Source: Salinispira sp. (GTDB lineage: Bacteria > Spirochaetota > Spirochaetia > DSM-27196 > Salinispiraceae). Taken from it: 64,000 nt of DNA. A program made the translations under genes and the position numbers. Of this stretch, positions 38,542-48,394 are shown one piece after another. The stretch covers positions 800,001-864,000 of the forward strand of contig OZ271918.1 of NCBI GenBank assembly GCA_965602015.1, given 5' to 3'. The notes beneath the pieces were generated by a model. It saw nothing but the letters and a program-made list of their open reading frames with translations. It ran no database searches and was not told the origin of the DNA. How positions within the stretch are numbered: the stretch's first letter is position 1; every line of letters starts with the position of its first letter.

Positions 38542-39311
38542 TGAAGCTCAGGGAGAAGGGCTGCGGCCTCGGTATCGAGAAACAGTTCCGCTGAGCTGCA
38601 GGACCTGAGAATGCGCCGGGCCGGAAGCTGGGAATCCGGGGAATCGCTTTTCTCGGCGCACACCCGGCTCAGAATCTCCGCCTTTGCCGAACCGGTTACC
38701 AAAAAGCTTATCCTCCGGGCGGCGAGGATTGCCGCCTCGCTGATGCTCACCCTCGGCTGTCCGGTTTCAGGATGGGCGGCGGGAAAGTAAAGCAGGGGAG
38801 TGCCGTCCATGTCAGTCTGGGCGGAAATGGCCTGTCGGCCGGGGAAAATGGATGCGCAGTGCCCGTCGCCGCCGATACCCAGAATTACCCAATCAAACCG
38901 GGGCAGGGTGGGCCCCTTCTCCCCGGCGGGGTTTTCGCATTGCAGCAGGGTTCGAACATGTCCGGCGTATTTTTCTGCGGCCCGGGCGCTATTTCCGTCG
39001 CAGAATATTGGGTGAAGATTGGTTTTCCGTATGCTTACCTCGGCAAAAAGGGTTCTGAACGCCTGACCAAAGTTGCTCTCCTCACTTTGCTGGGGGACGC
39101 AGCGCTCGTCGCCCCACCAGAAGTTGAGGTTGGTCCAGGCGATTCGTTCTCTCCAGGGCTGTTCCGAGAGCATTTTGAACCATTGCAAGGGGGTGCTTCC
39201 CCCGGATAGGGCTATGTGCGCCGGAGCAGTCTGACGGCTCATGGCTTCCAGCTCAGCGGAAATTTCGGTGAGAAGGTCATGAACGTTGTTTTGCATCCGG
39301 TAGCGGGCCAT
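38538..39311 (-). CDS. pgl: 6-phosphogluconolactonase (DevB/Pgl type)
   Basis: IALSGGSTP, WGDERCVP...ESNF, LGIGGDGHCASIFPG; follows zwf. Confidence 0.93.
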   Translation of the reverse strand: MARYRMQNNVHDLLTEISAELEAMSRQTAPAHIALSGGSTPLQWFKMLSEQPWRERIAWTNLNFWWGDERCVPQQSEESNFGQAFRTLFAEVSIRKTNLHPIFCDGNSARAAEKYAGHVRTLLQCENPAGEKGPTLPRFDWVILGIGGDGHCASIFPGRQAISAQTDMDGTPLLYFPAAHPETGQPRVSISEAAILAARRISFLVTGSAKAEILSRVCAEKSDSPDSQLPARRILRSCSSAELFLDTEAAALLPELH

Positions 39312-39313
39312 GG

Positions 39314-40822
39314 TTATAGCTCGCAGTAACTGGTATCTGCGAGATTTTTACAGGGATAGCGCCAGCTTCGCTCATCGCTCTCGATCATTTCATGGGACTC
39401 ACGGGGACCCCAGGTTCCCGCGGCGTAGCCGTAGAGGGGGTAATCCCCGCGCATTCGCTGAAGAATGGGCTCCACGTACTGCCAGCAGGCTCGGACCGCA
39501 TCGCTGCGGGCGAACAGGGTGGCGTCGCCCCGGGCGGCGTCGAGCAGAAGCCGTTGGTAGGCAGTCAGCAGATCTGCGCCTTCCAGATCCTTGTAATGAA
39601 AGTCCATGGAGACTTCCTGGGCATCGAATCCCGACCCCGGCTTTTTCAAGCCGAATTTGATGAGTATGCCTTCATCGGGTTGTATGCGAATAATAAGCTT
39701 GTTTGCGATGCCATTGGTAAAAAACGCCGGATGGGGAGTTTGCTTGAAGTGTATAACCACCTCGGTTACCCTGGTCGGCATCCGCTTGCCGGTCCGAATG
39801 TAAAAGGGAACCCCGTTCCAGCGCCAGTTATCGATATGTACCTTGAGGGCGACAAAGGTCTCTGTCCGCGAAGAGGGATCGACCCGGTTTTCATCCCGAT
39901 AACCTGCTACCTTTTCCCCCCGGATCTGCGATTCGGTGTACTGCCCCAATACCAGGTTCTCTTCCAGATCCGAGTCGCTCAATGGGCGGAGGCATTGGAG
40001 CACCTTGAGAACCTCATCCCTGGTGAAGCGGTCATTGATGACCGCCGGCGGTTCCATAGCGGTCATAGCCAAGACTTGAAGCAGGTGATTTTGAAACATA
40101 TCGCGCAGGGCGCCGGTGCCGTCGTAGTATCCCCCCCGCTGCTCGACTCCGATCGATTCGCATGAAGTGATTTCCACGTGATCGATGTATCCCCGGTTCC
40201 ACAGGGGTTCGAACATGCCGTTCGCAAAACGGAACACCAGAAGATTCTGCACGGTTTCCTTGCCCAAATAGTGATCAATCCGGTAGATGTTTTCCTCATC
40301 GAAAAAGCGGTGTAGCAGATCATCCAGTTCGGCGGCGCTGCCTAGATCAGATCCGAAGGGCTTCTCGACGATGATCCTCTTCCAGCCGTTTTGAGGGTCG
40401 GTTAGGCCGGCCTGGTGAAGAAGGGCCGGGATTCGTGAGTACAGCGTCGGCGGCGTTGCCAAATAATACAGATAATTCTGGGGGATCCCCTGTTCATCTG
40501 ACATCCGATGTAATCTCTCGGTCAACGTGGAATATTCCCCGGCCTCGGCGGTCTCCATGGAATGATACCAGACTCTGGCCAGAAAACCGTCTATCCGCTC
40601 GATTTCCGCCCTTGACTCACCGTAAATATCCTTGAGAACCGAGCGCTGCTTGTCTCTGAAAGATGTGTCCTCGAACTCCGTCCTGCCGATACCCAACAAG
40701 GCAAAGTTCTCTGGAAGGCGCTGGTGGACGAAGAGATCGTAATAGGCTGGAACGAGCTTGCGCTTGGTCAGATCACCCGATGCCCCGAATATCACGATTA
40801 TGCTGTCTTCAGGTTTTTCCAT
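39314..40822 (-). CDS. zwf: glucose-6-phosphate 1-dehydrogenase
   Basis: GASGDLTKRKL, EKPFG, RIDHYLGKE, DMFQNHLLQ, RW.GVPFY.RTGK. Confidence 0.98.
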   Translation of the reverse strand: MEKPEDSIIVIFGASGDLTKRKLVPAYYDLFVHQRLPENFALLGIGRTEFEDTSFRDKQRSVLKDIYGESRAEIERIDGFLARVWYHSMETAEAGEYSTLTERLHRMSDEQGIPQNYLYYLATPPTLYSRIPALLHQAGLTDPQNGWKRIIVEKPFGSDLGSAAELDDLLHRFFDEENIYRIDHYLGKETVQNLLVFRFANGMFEPLWNRGYIDHVEITSCESIGVEQRGGYYDGTGALRDMFQNHLLQVLAMTAMEPPAVINDRFTRDEVLKVLQCLRPLSDSDLEENLVLGQYTESQIRGEKVAGYRDENRVDPSSRTETFVALKVHIDNWRWNGVPFYIRTGKRMPTRVTEVVIHFKQTPHPAFFTNGIANKLIIRIQPDEGILIKFGLKKPGSGFDAQEVSMDFHYKDLEGADLLTAYQRLLLDAARGDATLFARSDAVRACWQYVEPILQRMRGDYPLYGYAAGTWGPRESHEMIESDERSWRYPCKNLADTSYCEL

Positions 40823-40992
40823 ACGTTCTCTCTCATCCTCCTGGCGCTTTGTAAAAGGGTAATAGGAAGCCCGGAGGGAATCAAGCTGCGCGCGGGGCTT
40901 CGGCGCAATTGTATATCCCGGGTGATAGGGGTACCATGTTCTGCAGCTCCGCCGTGCACAGGTATATATACGGCGGACAGGAGAAAGTTACG

Positions 40993-42789
40993 GTGTTGCA
41001 GCTGGCCCAGGTTTTCCAGGACAGGATGGTTATTCAATGCGATAAAGCCCTACGCATTTTCGGCAGGGCGGATACCCAAGGGGTGCTGAAGCTGCTGGTA
41101 AACGGCAAAAGCCTGGGTGAGGCTCACATCGAGCCGGGGGAGTTTTCCTGCGTTTTCACCTCCCGGGCCGCCTCCCGAAGCAATACCCTTGAACTGCATT
41201 TTGGGGATGAAGTGCGGCAGTTCACTGATGTGGCCTTCGGCGAAGTGTGGCTTGCCGGCGGGCAAAGCAATATGGAATTTCCCCTGCGGTACGACCGTAA
41301 TTACAAAAAGATTCGCCAGAATCTCTCCGATGCGGACATACGATGCTTTGAAGTACCCCGCCGTCGTTATGAAGACGAAAACCTTGGGTCACATAAAACC
41401 TATTTGGGTGTGAATACCTGGCGCAGTCTCACGCCAACAAGCTGCGGGGATTTTTCCGCCGCGGCACTCTACTTCGCCCTCGAAATACGGCGTAATCTCG
41501 GCGTTCCGGTCGGCATTATCAGCTGCAATTACGGGGGAACCTCAGCCCTTGCCTGGACCCGGGAAGAGTATCTGGCGCAGGACGCCGAGCTGGCGAAGCT
41601 GATAGATGCGCACCGCAGCCGTGCCGCCGGGATAGGTCCCGAAGAATATGAACGGCGGGAGAAGCGCTACGCCGGGCTTCAGCGGGGATGGCTTTGGCGG
41701 CTGTTCAATCACCTTCTTATGAAGGGATTGCCCTTTTGGGTGACCCGGATACTGGGAGTGGCAAAAAACCTTGCGCCTCAGCCGCCGGTCGGCCACAAGT
41801 CACTAAACCGGCCCGGAGGCTTGTTTTCCACCATGGTATCGCCGATTGCCGGATACGGCCTGCGCGGGATTCTGTGGTACCAGGGGGAATCAGATGCCGA
41901 CCGGGCCGGGCTGTACTCCCGGCTGTTCACCGCGACCATTTCCTGCTGGCGCGATGCCTGGGGCGAAGACCTCCCCTTCCTGTTTGTGCAGCTGGCTCCC
42001 TTCCTGCGCTGGATGAATAGCCGGGGAGAAAAATTCCCCGCCCTCCGGGAAGCCCAGCAGAGCTGTGCAGATGAAATTCCCGGTGTGTGGATGGCGTCAG
42101 TAATGGACGCCGGCATGCGCGATGATATCCATCCCAAAGACAAGCAGCCCGTGGGCCGCCGGCTTGCCCTTTTGGCGCTGGCGTATATGTACAATGCGGA
42201 TGTGCCCTGTGAGTCCCCCCGCCTGAGGTCTGCCCGGTTTGTATCTGAATCACTTTATGCGACCGGCTGCCCGACGAACGGCAGGTCCGCGGGCAAATCG
42301 GGACCCTTGCCCGGCGGCACAGCAGACGGCAAGTCGGAACCCTTGCCCGACGGCACAGCAGAGGGCAAGTCGGGACCCTTGCCCGGCGGCACAGCAGACG
42401 GCAAGCCGGAACCCTTGCCCGGCGGCACAGCAGACGGCAAGCCCGCCAGTCAGTCGGGCCCGGTACTGGAGCTGACATTTGAACACAGCGGTGACGGGCT
42501 CCAGCTGAGGCAGCATTGGGTACGCACGGGTAAACCCTTCTTCTTTTTGCCCCGAAGCTATGAACCGAGGGGGAGCATCTGCACTGCCCTTGAAATCCGG
42601 GACGCCCAAGGCAGCCTGATCAAGGTATGCCAGGCCCATGCGCAGGGCGAGCGTCTCCTTCTTCAGCTCCGTCCGGGCTTTGCTGCTGGGCCTCTGGACA
42701 TTGTGTTCGCCGGAAAACCCTGGTGCCGGGTCAATCTGTACAATAGCTCTTGGTTGGCCGCCCGGCCGGAATCAATCCGCCTCAATTAG
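40993..42789 (+). CDS. sialate O-acetylesterase family (SGNH) carbohydrate esterase
   Basis: GEVWLAGGQSNME, GILWYQGESD, DIHPKDK..VG.RLA; GTG start behind AGGAG. Confidence 0.88.
   Translation: MLQLAQVFQDRMVIQCDKALRIFGRADTQGVLKLLVNGKSLGEAHIEPGEFSCVFTSRAASRSNTLELHFGDEVRQFTDVAFGEVWLAGGQSNMEFPLRYDRNYKKIRQNLSDADIRCFEVPRRRYEDENLGSHKTYLGVNTWRSLTPTSCGDFSAAALYFALEIRRNLGVPVGIISCNYGGTSALAWTREEYLAQDAELAKLIDAHRSRAAGIGPEEYERREKRYAGLQRGWLWRLFNHLLMKGLPFWVTRILGVAKNLAPQPPVGHKSLNRPGGLFSTMVSPIAGYGLRGILWYQGESDADRAGLYSRLFTATISCWRDAWGEDLPFLFVQLAPFLRWMNSRGEKFPALREAQQSCADEIPGVWMASVMDAGMRDDIHPKDKQPVGRRLALLALAYMYNADVPCESPRLRSARFVSESLYATGCPTNGRSAGKSGPLPGGTADGKSEPLPDGTAEGKSGPLPGGTADGKPEPLPGGTADGKPASQSGPVLELTFEHSGDGLQLRQHWVRTGKPFFFLPRSYEPRGSICTALEIRDAQGSLIKVCQAHAQGERLLLQLRPGFAAGPLDIVFAGKPWCRVNLYNSSWLAARPESIRLN
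42292..42444 (+). repeat. 36-bp coding tandem repeat, about 4.25 copies
   Basis: unit GGCAAGTCGGGACCCTTGCCCGGCGGCACAGCAGAC (GKSGPLPGGTAD) with few substitutions. Confidence 0.95.
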
Positions 42790-42801
42790 CCCTACGGTAC
42801 A

Positions 42802-43830
42802 TTAGCGTTGTACACGGCCGGACCCGTCGCCCTTGAGCAGGGCCTCTACCTCCGGCCTGCTGATCAGCGCCACGTCTCCGGGAATCGAGTGTTTCAGACA
42901 AGACGCGGCGACCGCAAAGCGCAGTGCAGCTTCGTCATCCTCGAGGCGGGTGAGCCCGAAAATCAACCCCGCGGCAAAGGAGTCTCCTCCGCCGACCCTG
43001 TCCACTATGTCGGTAATATCGTACTTCTGGGATTCGATAAAGCGCTCCCTGTTGTGCATCACTGCCGACCAGCCGTTTCGGTCCGCCGAGTGGCTTTCCC
43101 TCATGGTAATGGCAATTTTTTCGCAGCCCGGGTACCGGTCCAGAACCTCGAGACATATATCCCGATATCGCCGGGTACCCAGATCGGCATTTCCGACCTC
43201 GGCCCTGGAGCTGATTCCCAGGCTCTTTTGGCAGTCCTCTTCATTGGCAATGGCCACATCGACGTATTTCATTATTTCGCCCATCACATCCGGGGCGGAT
43301 TTCCCGTAGTTCCAGAGTTTTGCCCGGTAATTGAGATCGCAGGAGACAGTGATGCCGCGGCTTTTGGCTTCCGTGACTGCCCGTAGGCTGAGCTCGGCGC
43401 CCCGGATTGAAATGGCCGGAGTGATGCCGGTAATGTGAAACCAGCCTGCGGCATGGAAAACCATATCCCAGTCAAAATCATCGGGCCCGGCCTCGCTGAT
43501 CGATGAGCCTTCCCGGTCGTAAACCACTCTGCTTGGTCTCTGGTTTGCCCCGGTCTCAAGGAAGTAGCTGCCTACACGGCTGCCCTGCAGAATAACTCGC
43601 GATGTGTCGACTCCCCGGCTCCGAAGAGACGCAATGGCTGCCCGGCCGACCGGATTGTCCGGCAATGCGGTGATGAAGGCCACCGGGGCATCCAGAAGTG
43701 CCAGGGCTGAGGCAACATTTGCCTCGCCGCCTCCAAAGGTGGCTTCAAACGTCGGGCTCTGGAATAAGCGCTCGTGGGATGGGGCTTTGAGTCGCAGCAT
43801 GATTTCCCCAAGGGTGACAATTGTGCTCAT
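42802..43830 (-). CDS. kdgK: PfkB-family sugar kinase, 2-keto-3-deoxygluconate kinase
   Basis: GEIMLRL, GGGEANVA, DLNYRAKLW, DRVGGGDSF; coupled to eda. Confidence 0.9.
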   Translation of the reverse strand: MSTIVTLGEIMLRLKAPSHERLFQSPTFEATFGGGEANVASALALLDAPVAFITALPDNPVGRAAIASLRSRGVDTSRVILQGSRVGSYFLETGANQRPSRVVYDREGSSISEAGPDDFDWDMVFHAAGWFHITGITPAISIRGAELSLRAVTEAKSRGITVSCDLNYRAKLWNYGKSAPDVMGEIMKYVDVAIANEEDCQKSLGISSRAEVGNADLGTRRYRDICLEVLDRYPGCEKIAITMRESHSADRNGWSAVMHNRERFIESQKYDITDIVDRVGGGDSFAAGLIFGLTRLEDDEAALRFAVAASCLKHSIPGDVALISRPEVEALLKGDGSGRVQR

Positions 43831-44495
43831 GGTTTCCGTACATCCCGAATGATGGCCAAAGCTTCCCGGGTCAGCCGCGCTACCTCGTCGAATCTGCCCT
43901 CATCAATCAGCTTCGAACTGACAATCCACGATCCTCCGCAGGCCCATACTGAGGGCAGCCGGAGGTAATCCCCGATGTTTGTATGATTAATGCCTCCGGT
44001 GGCTAAAAACCGTGCGTCGGCGTATGGAGCGCTTAAGGCCTTGATCATCGATATACCGCCGGTGGCCTCAGCGGGGAAGAATTTTACCACTGACAGCCCC
44101 CGCTGCATGGCGAAATCAATGCCCATGGGATTATTCACTCCTGGGTATACGGGTATTTCCTGTTCCAGGCAGTAGTCAACTACTTCCGGATTAAAACCCG
44201 GACTGACGATGAACTGAGCCCCGGATCCCCGGGCAACTTTCGCCTGCTCGACGCTCAAGATCGTCCCGGCTCCGCATAAAATGCCCGGGCGGCGGCCCCG
44301 AATTTTTTCCATGGCTGCGGCAGCGGCGCCGCTTCTCATGGTAATCTCAATTATGGGAAGGCCGGCTCCCTCGAGAGTCTCCGCCAGCGGCACGGCATCC
44401 TCGGCATTACTCATTTTCACAACGGGAATGATTCCCGCTGTTCGGAATTCTTCGGCGATCATTCTACTTTTTTCATCACCGGACGCTTTGCTCAT
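43827..44495 (-). CDS. eda: KDPG/KHG aldolase
   Basis: IEITMR, GAGT, FIVSPG, KFFPAE..GG, TGGI. Confidence 0.95.
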   Translation of the reverse strand: MSKASGDEKSRMIAEEFRTAGIIPVVKMSNAEDAVPLAETLEGAGLPIIEITMRSGAAAAAMEKIRGRRPGILCGAGTILSVEQAKVARGSGAQFIVSPGFNPEVVDYCLEQEIPVYPGVNNPMGIDFAMQRGLSVVKFFPAEATGGISMIKALSAPYADARFLATGGINHTNIGDYLRLPSVWACGGSWIVSSKLIDEGRFDEVARLTREALAIIRDVRKP

Positions 44496-45268
44496 TGCTT
44501 CTCCTTTGGGTGGTAACCCATTGACCGTGAAATATCATCAGCACAGCTCACCGCGAGGGGCATGTAGTCATTCCGTTTTTGCTCGAAATCCCCAAAAAAC
44601 GGAACGCTCAACGCCGCAATAACTTCGCTTCGGCTGTTAAAAACGGGTGCAGCGACTGCATAGATACCCAGGGTTTCTTCCTGGTAATCGCTGGCTATGC
44701 CGTTCTCTTTGACCTTTTCTATCGCCAGGTCCAGCTCGCTGAGGCTTGTAATGCTGAATGGAGTGCGGGCTTCCAGTGATGAACCATCGTCTAGTCCCTG
44801 ACGGTAGCGCTGACCTTCACGGCTGAGGGCAAGGAGCAGCTTTCCCGCCGCGCCGATGTGGGGAGGAAACACGGTTCCCGCATCAAGGGTGATGCGTATG
44901 GGAGACGGACTCTCACAGCTCGCCACCGGATAGACACGGCCGCTCCGCAGGACGCTGACTTTGACCATTTCCTCGATTTTCCCGCTCAGTGATGCAATAT
45001 GAGGACCGGCAGCCGAAGCAATATCAAGCCCTCTTTCGGCCCGGGCGCCCAAAACCATAAGCTTGGGTCCCAGGGAGAACCCCGAAGCGCTCTGCTCAAG
45101 GTACCCCCGCTCCTGCAAACTATTCACCAACCGTGAAACCGTCGCTTTTGCCAAACCGGTCTTCACGCATATCTCGGATTGGGTCAGTTTGGCATCTGAT
45201 CCCGAAAGACAGCGGAAAATGAGGTCCATTTTATCAATGGCGGGTACCGGGGAAAGCTGGTCGACCAT
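44492..45268 (-). CDS. IclR-family transcriptional regulator
   Basis: GLAKATVSRLV.SL...GYL HTH; GAAGK.LLA; AVAAPVF. Confidence 0.92.
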   Translation of the reverse strand: MVDQLSPVPAIDKMDLIFRCLSGSDAKLTQSEICVKTGLAKATVSRLVNSLQERGYLEQSASGFSLGPKLMVLGARAERGLDIASAAGPHIASLSGKIEEMVKVSVLRSGRVYPVASCESPSPIRITLDAGTVFPPHIGAAGKLLLALSREGQRYRQGLDDGSSLEARTPFSITSLSELDLAIEKVKENGIASDYQEETLGIYAVAAPVFNSRSEVIAALSVPFFGDFEQKRNDYMPLAVSCADDISRSMGYHPKEKQ

Positions 45269-45274
45269 TGGTAT

Positions 45275-45303
45275 GTTATATCCCCGGGGATAAGCATTGT
45301 CAA
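45275..45303 (-). promoter_or_regulatory. sigma70 promoter of iclR-eda-kdgK (probably leaderless)
   Basis: TTGACA-17 bp-TATAAC on minus strand, 6 nt before the ATG. Confidence 0.7.
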
Positions 45304-45308
45304 CAGAA

Positions 45309-45342
45309 TTTCATATATAAAACGAGGTTTCATATATGAAAC
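45309..45342. promoter_or_regulatory. tandem palindromic operators, probably IclR sites
   Basis: TTTCATATATAAAA (45309-22) and perfect GTTTCATATATGAAAC (45327-42). Confidence 0.7.
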
Positions 45343-45440
45343 TGACCTTAGGCAGACTCAGGTTTATTGACCTGGAAATCAGCTGTTTTCGGGGCACGCC
45401 ATTCTTGCTGCGGAACGGTTCTTACACTATAACTGTGCAG

Positions 45441-45938
45441 ATGGATATCAATACAATGCTCAGCAGGCTTCCCGCCATGGCAGCAGGGCATAAAAAAGAG
45501 TTCACTGAGCTGGTTAAGAAACTCAGGAAGCGCCGGGCGGGCGACATTGAGTCGATAGTTGAGACACTTCACCGCCGGGCATTCGATGAGATTTCCTGCC
45601 TGGAATGCGGTAATTGCTGCCGCAGTCTTGGCCCCCGGCTAAACACCCGCGATGTCCAAAGACTCTCCGCTAATCTTGGTCTGACGACCGCAGAGCTTGA
45701 GCTGCGCTATCTCAAAATCGATGAGGATGGCGACCGGGTATTTCAGGCGATGCCCTGTCCCTTTCTCGGCGAAGATAACCACTGTTTTGTCTATCAAAAC
45801 CGTCCCAAAGCCTGCGCTGAATATCCCCACACCGAAGGAAGGCAGATCAGAGGCAGGTTGAATCAACTGGTGAAAAACAGCGCATATTGTCCGGCGGTAT
45901 ACCGGATGCTCGAAATGCTTAAAGACGACGGCATATAG
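45441..45938 (+). CDS. YkgJ-family cysteine-cluster protein
   Basis: CLECGNCC, PCPFL...NHC.VY..RPKAC..YP, CP. Confidence 0.88.
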   Translation: MDINTMLSRLPAMAAGHKKEFTELVKKLRKRRAGDIESIVETLHRRAFDEISCLECGNCCRSLGPRLNTRDVQRLSANLGLTTAELELRYLKIDEDGDRVFQAMPCPFLGEDNHCFVYQNRPKACAEYPHTEGRQIRGRLNQLVKNSAYCPAVYRMLEMLKDDGI

Positions 45939-45986
45939 GCTTCAGGCTGAAGACGACCCGCATGTCATAAGCGCGTTACCTCTAAG

Positions 45987-46010
45987 CGCCAGTCGAATAA
46001 TCGACTGGCG
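45987..46010. terminator. hairpin after the YkgJ gene (possible terminator or stabilising stem)
   Basis: CGCCAGTCGA-ATAA-TCGACTGGCG perfect 10-bp stem; no U-tract. Confidence 0.4.
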
Positions 46011-46060
46011 GAACAGGGCTTCACCGGCTACAATAGCCCAAAAGGGGCGGCGAACACATC

Positions 46061-46918
46061 ATGAACAGCACTACCTACCTTCACATTGACAGCGACGACA
46101 AACTATTTTCATATATGTCCCGGCTCCGTGAACAGCGGATAGAGGAAATCGCCATGGATTTCGAAGGCGAATTTAATCTGCACGGCTATGGTGAAAAGCT
46201 CTGCCTTATCCAGATTTTCGACGGCCGGGATTTTGCCATTGTCGATCCTCTGCGGGTCAGCGTCAAAGCCCTGGACAACTTGCTTGATAATAAGATTATC
46301 AAGTTGTTTTTCGACGCTTCGTCCGACCGCCTGCTTGTCTATCGTCAGCATGGAGTTCGGCTCACCTCGGTGCTGGATCTCAAGCATTACCTCAGCGCTC
46401 TTCAGTGGAAAAAGACCGGGTTGAATCATGCATTGGAACAGATGCTGGGCATAGGTATCGAGAAAAAATACCAAAAATACAACTGGATGCGCCGGCCCAT
46501 CGATCCGGCTGCCATGGAATACGCCCTGGAAGATGTCAGCCATTTGTTCGCGTTGCGGGACGCTCTGCACAGCCGGGTGAGCAAGGAAGGAAAAATAGAC
46601 AAGCTTTTAGAGGCGATGGTTCGGGAAGATATCAATTACGAAAAAAAGAGCGTTCCGTCCATCCAGAAAAAAAGCCGCTACCAGAAGTTTTCATCTGTGC
46701 AAAAAAAGAGGGCCGACGCGATTTTCGCTGCCCGGGAACGCATTGCCGCCCAGGTTGACTGGCCGCCCCACAACGTCCTGGCCAATGACGAGCTCCTGAC
46801 TCTGGCGGAAACCGCTTCCTCAGGTGGCGATCTGCCGGTCAGCCGTCGGCTCTCGGCGGATATCCGCCGTCGCCTCATTTCCGAGATTCGGGAAATTCTC
46901 CGTGATTCGAACTATTAA
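46061..46918 (+). CDS. rnd: ribonuclease D-like 3'-5' exonuclease with HRDC domain
   Basis: AMDFE, LCLIQI, W..RP.....YALEDV, RERIA...D.PP..VL.N. Confidence 0.8.
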   Translation: MNSTTYLHIDSDDKLFSYMSRLREQRIEEIAMDFEGEFNLHGYGEKLCLIQIFDGRDFAIVDPLRVSVKALDNLLDNKIIKLFFDASSDRLLVYRQHGVRLTSVLDLKHYLSALQWKKTGLNHALEQMLGIGIEKKYQKYNWMRRPIDPAAMEYALEDVSHLFALRDALHSRVSKEGKIDKLLEAMVREDINYEKKSVPSIQKKSRYQKFSSVQKKRADAIFAARERIAAQVDWPPHNVLANDELLTLAETASSGGDLPVSRRLSADIRRRLISEIREILRDSNY

Positions 46919-47248
46919 AAGATATTTATACAAGATAGACAATTTAATCCCTAGTTTTTATCCGGATGAGGACAATCAGAAGCGCTGAGCTGTCGCCATT
47001 TTCCCTCCAAAGCCACTTTTTGTCTAATAAAATAGCTTTTTTGATGCAAAATATTACTAAATCTCTATTAAATAGCAATAAATTGCTATGTATAAAATAC
47101 CCTTTTTGTTTGACTGTCTTTGAAAGACCTGCCATGCTTTTGCCTGAGTGAGGATCGGATTGGTACAGTATTAACAGGAAGGCCCATGAAACGGGTGTAT
47201 TATATATTGTACATACCCGATCGAATAAAATCGTCGTATTAACGCCTA

Positions 47249-48394
47249 ATGAACGCGAATAGAACACTTTATCTCCTTGAATCTCTGGGTCGGTACTTCA
47301 CATCGAATGTAATGACATCGGCAAAAACCATGCTCTCCCTGTTGATTTCATTCGTGTTTCCCTTGCTGGTGTTCCAATTCGATGGCTTCGTCAGGGATCA
47401 GCTGTCGTCGAATCGTTTTTACGAACCGGCAAAATTGGCTGGTGTAAACATCAGCGGATTCCAAGGGCTGTCATTTACCGGCCCGGAAAATGTAGAAGAT
47501 TCCCAATACCTGTTCTTACAGATACCGAATCTCGGATCAATAGTCCGCATTGTGGTTGACGGTTCGGTAGTACAGCACCCCAGTACTTATCTTTCAAAAG
47601 ACAGCCTTCGAGTCTTCAAGGTTCCGATTCTCCGGGGAAGATACTTCCAAATAGAAGAACTGAATGAAGACTTTCATGTCTGCATACTTACGCATTCGAT
47701 GATCTCCGAACTACGTCTATCAGTGGACGTAGGCGATGCCATTGAAGTCAATGGGTGGAAGTACCGCGTCATTGGAATTACGGATGCTGGATTATTGCAG
47801 AATTACATTATTTTTCCCATATCCAGTTATCTGCCTCTGAATGGCCCATCCGGTACTCGAGAAGCTAGTTTTTTCCTCCGGCTCAGGGAGGAATACAGCG
47901 ATGATATCGAGCGTTCCCTCTATGCCGCATTTGAGGCGAGCTATCCGGATGCGCATATCGAATTGTGGTCTTATGAATCATTTGACTCGGCCAATGAAAA
48001 TCGTGCGAACAATGTATTAGTGATCTTGTTCTTCGCGGCATTCTTAGTCTACCTGTATACCCTATCAAACCTGTCTGGACTTATTCTTCTCGAGTTTCAA
48101 CGCAGCCGCTTCGATATCGGAGTGAAATTGTCTTTCGGAGCGACTTTTTTTCATATCTGTTTGGAATATTTCCTTAGGTATCTGTTGATCTCGATGCTGT
48201 CAGCCGTCATTCTCGGGATGCTGATCCCGATAATAAACGTGGTTCTCGAAGATCAGATTGGATATGTTTTCCGAGTGTACGATTCGGTGTTGTGGGGGCT
48301 TTTTACATTCCCCATTATCACCTCCGCTGGAATAACGATGTTTATCCATTGGCATTTAAAACGCCTCGGTATCAAACAGGTGCTTCATTCATGA
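47249..48394 (+). CDS. ABC transporter permease (MacB/FtsX-like)
   Basis: N-terminal TM, periplasmic GRYF...VGD.I...G..YRVIG, three C-terminal TMs with IGVKLSFGA. Confidence 0.8.
   Translation: MNANRTLYLLESLGRYFTSNVMTSAKTMLSLLISFVFPLLVFQFDGFVRDQLSSNRFYEPAKLAGVNISGFQGLSFTGPENVEDSQYLFLQIPNLGSIVRIVVDGSVVQHPSTYLSKDSLRVFKVPILRGRYFQIEELNEDFHVCILTHSMISELRLSVDVGDAIEVNGWKYRVIGITDAGLLQNYIIFPISSYLPLNGPSGTREASFFLRLREEYSDDIERSLYAAFEASYPDAHIELWSYESFDSANENRANNVLVILFFAAFLVYLYTLSNLSGLILLEFQRSRFDIGVKLSFGATFFHICLEYFLRYLLISMLSAVILGMLIPIINVVLEDQIGYVFRVYDSVLWGLFTFPIITSAGITMFIHWHLKRLGIKQVLHS

Noticed and set aside
42292..42444. 36-bp repeats as a CRISPR array
   Set aside because: Units are head-to-tail with no spacers, lie in-frame in a CDS, and no cas genes are present.
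45987..46055. CGACTGGCGGAA resembling the start of a ZTP riboswitch
   Set aside because: The downstream conserved elements are absent, the motif is one arm of a simple hairpin, and rnd is an unlikely target.
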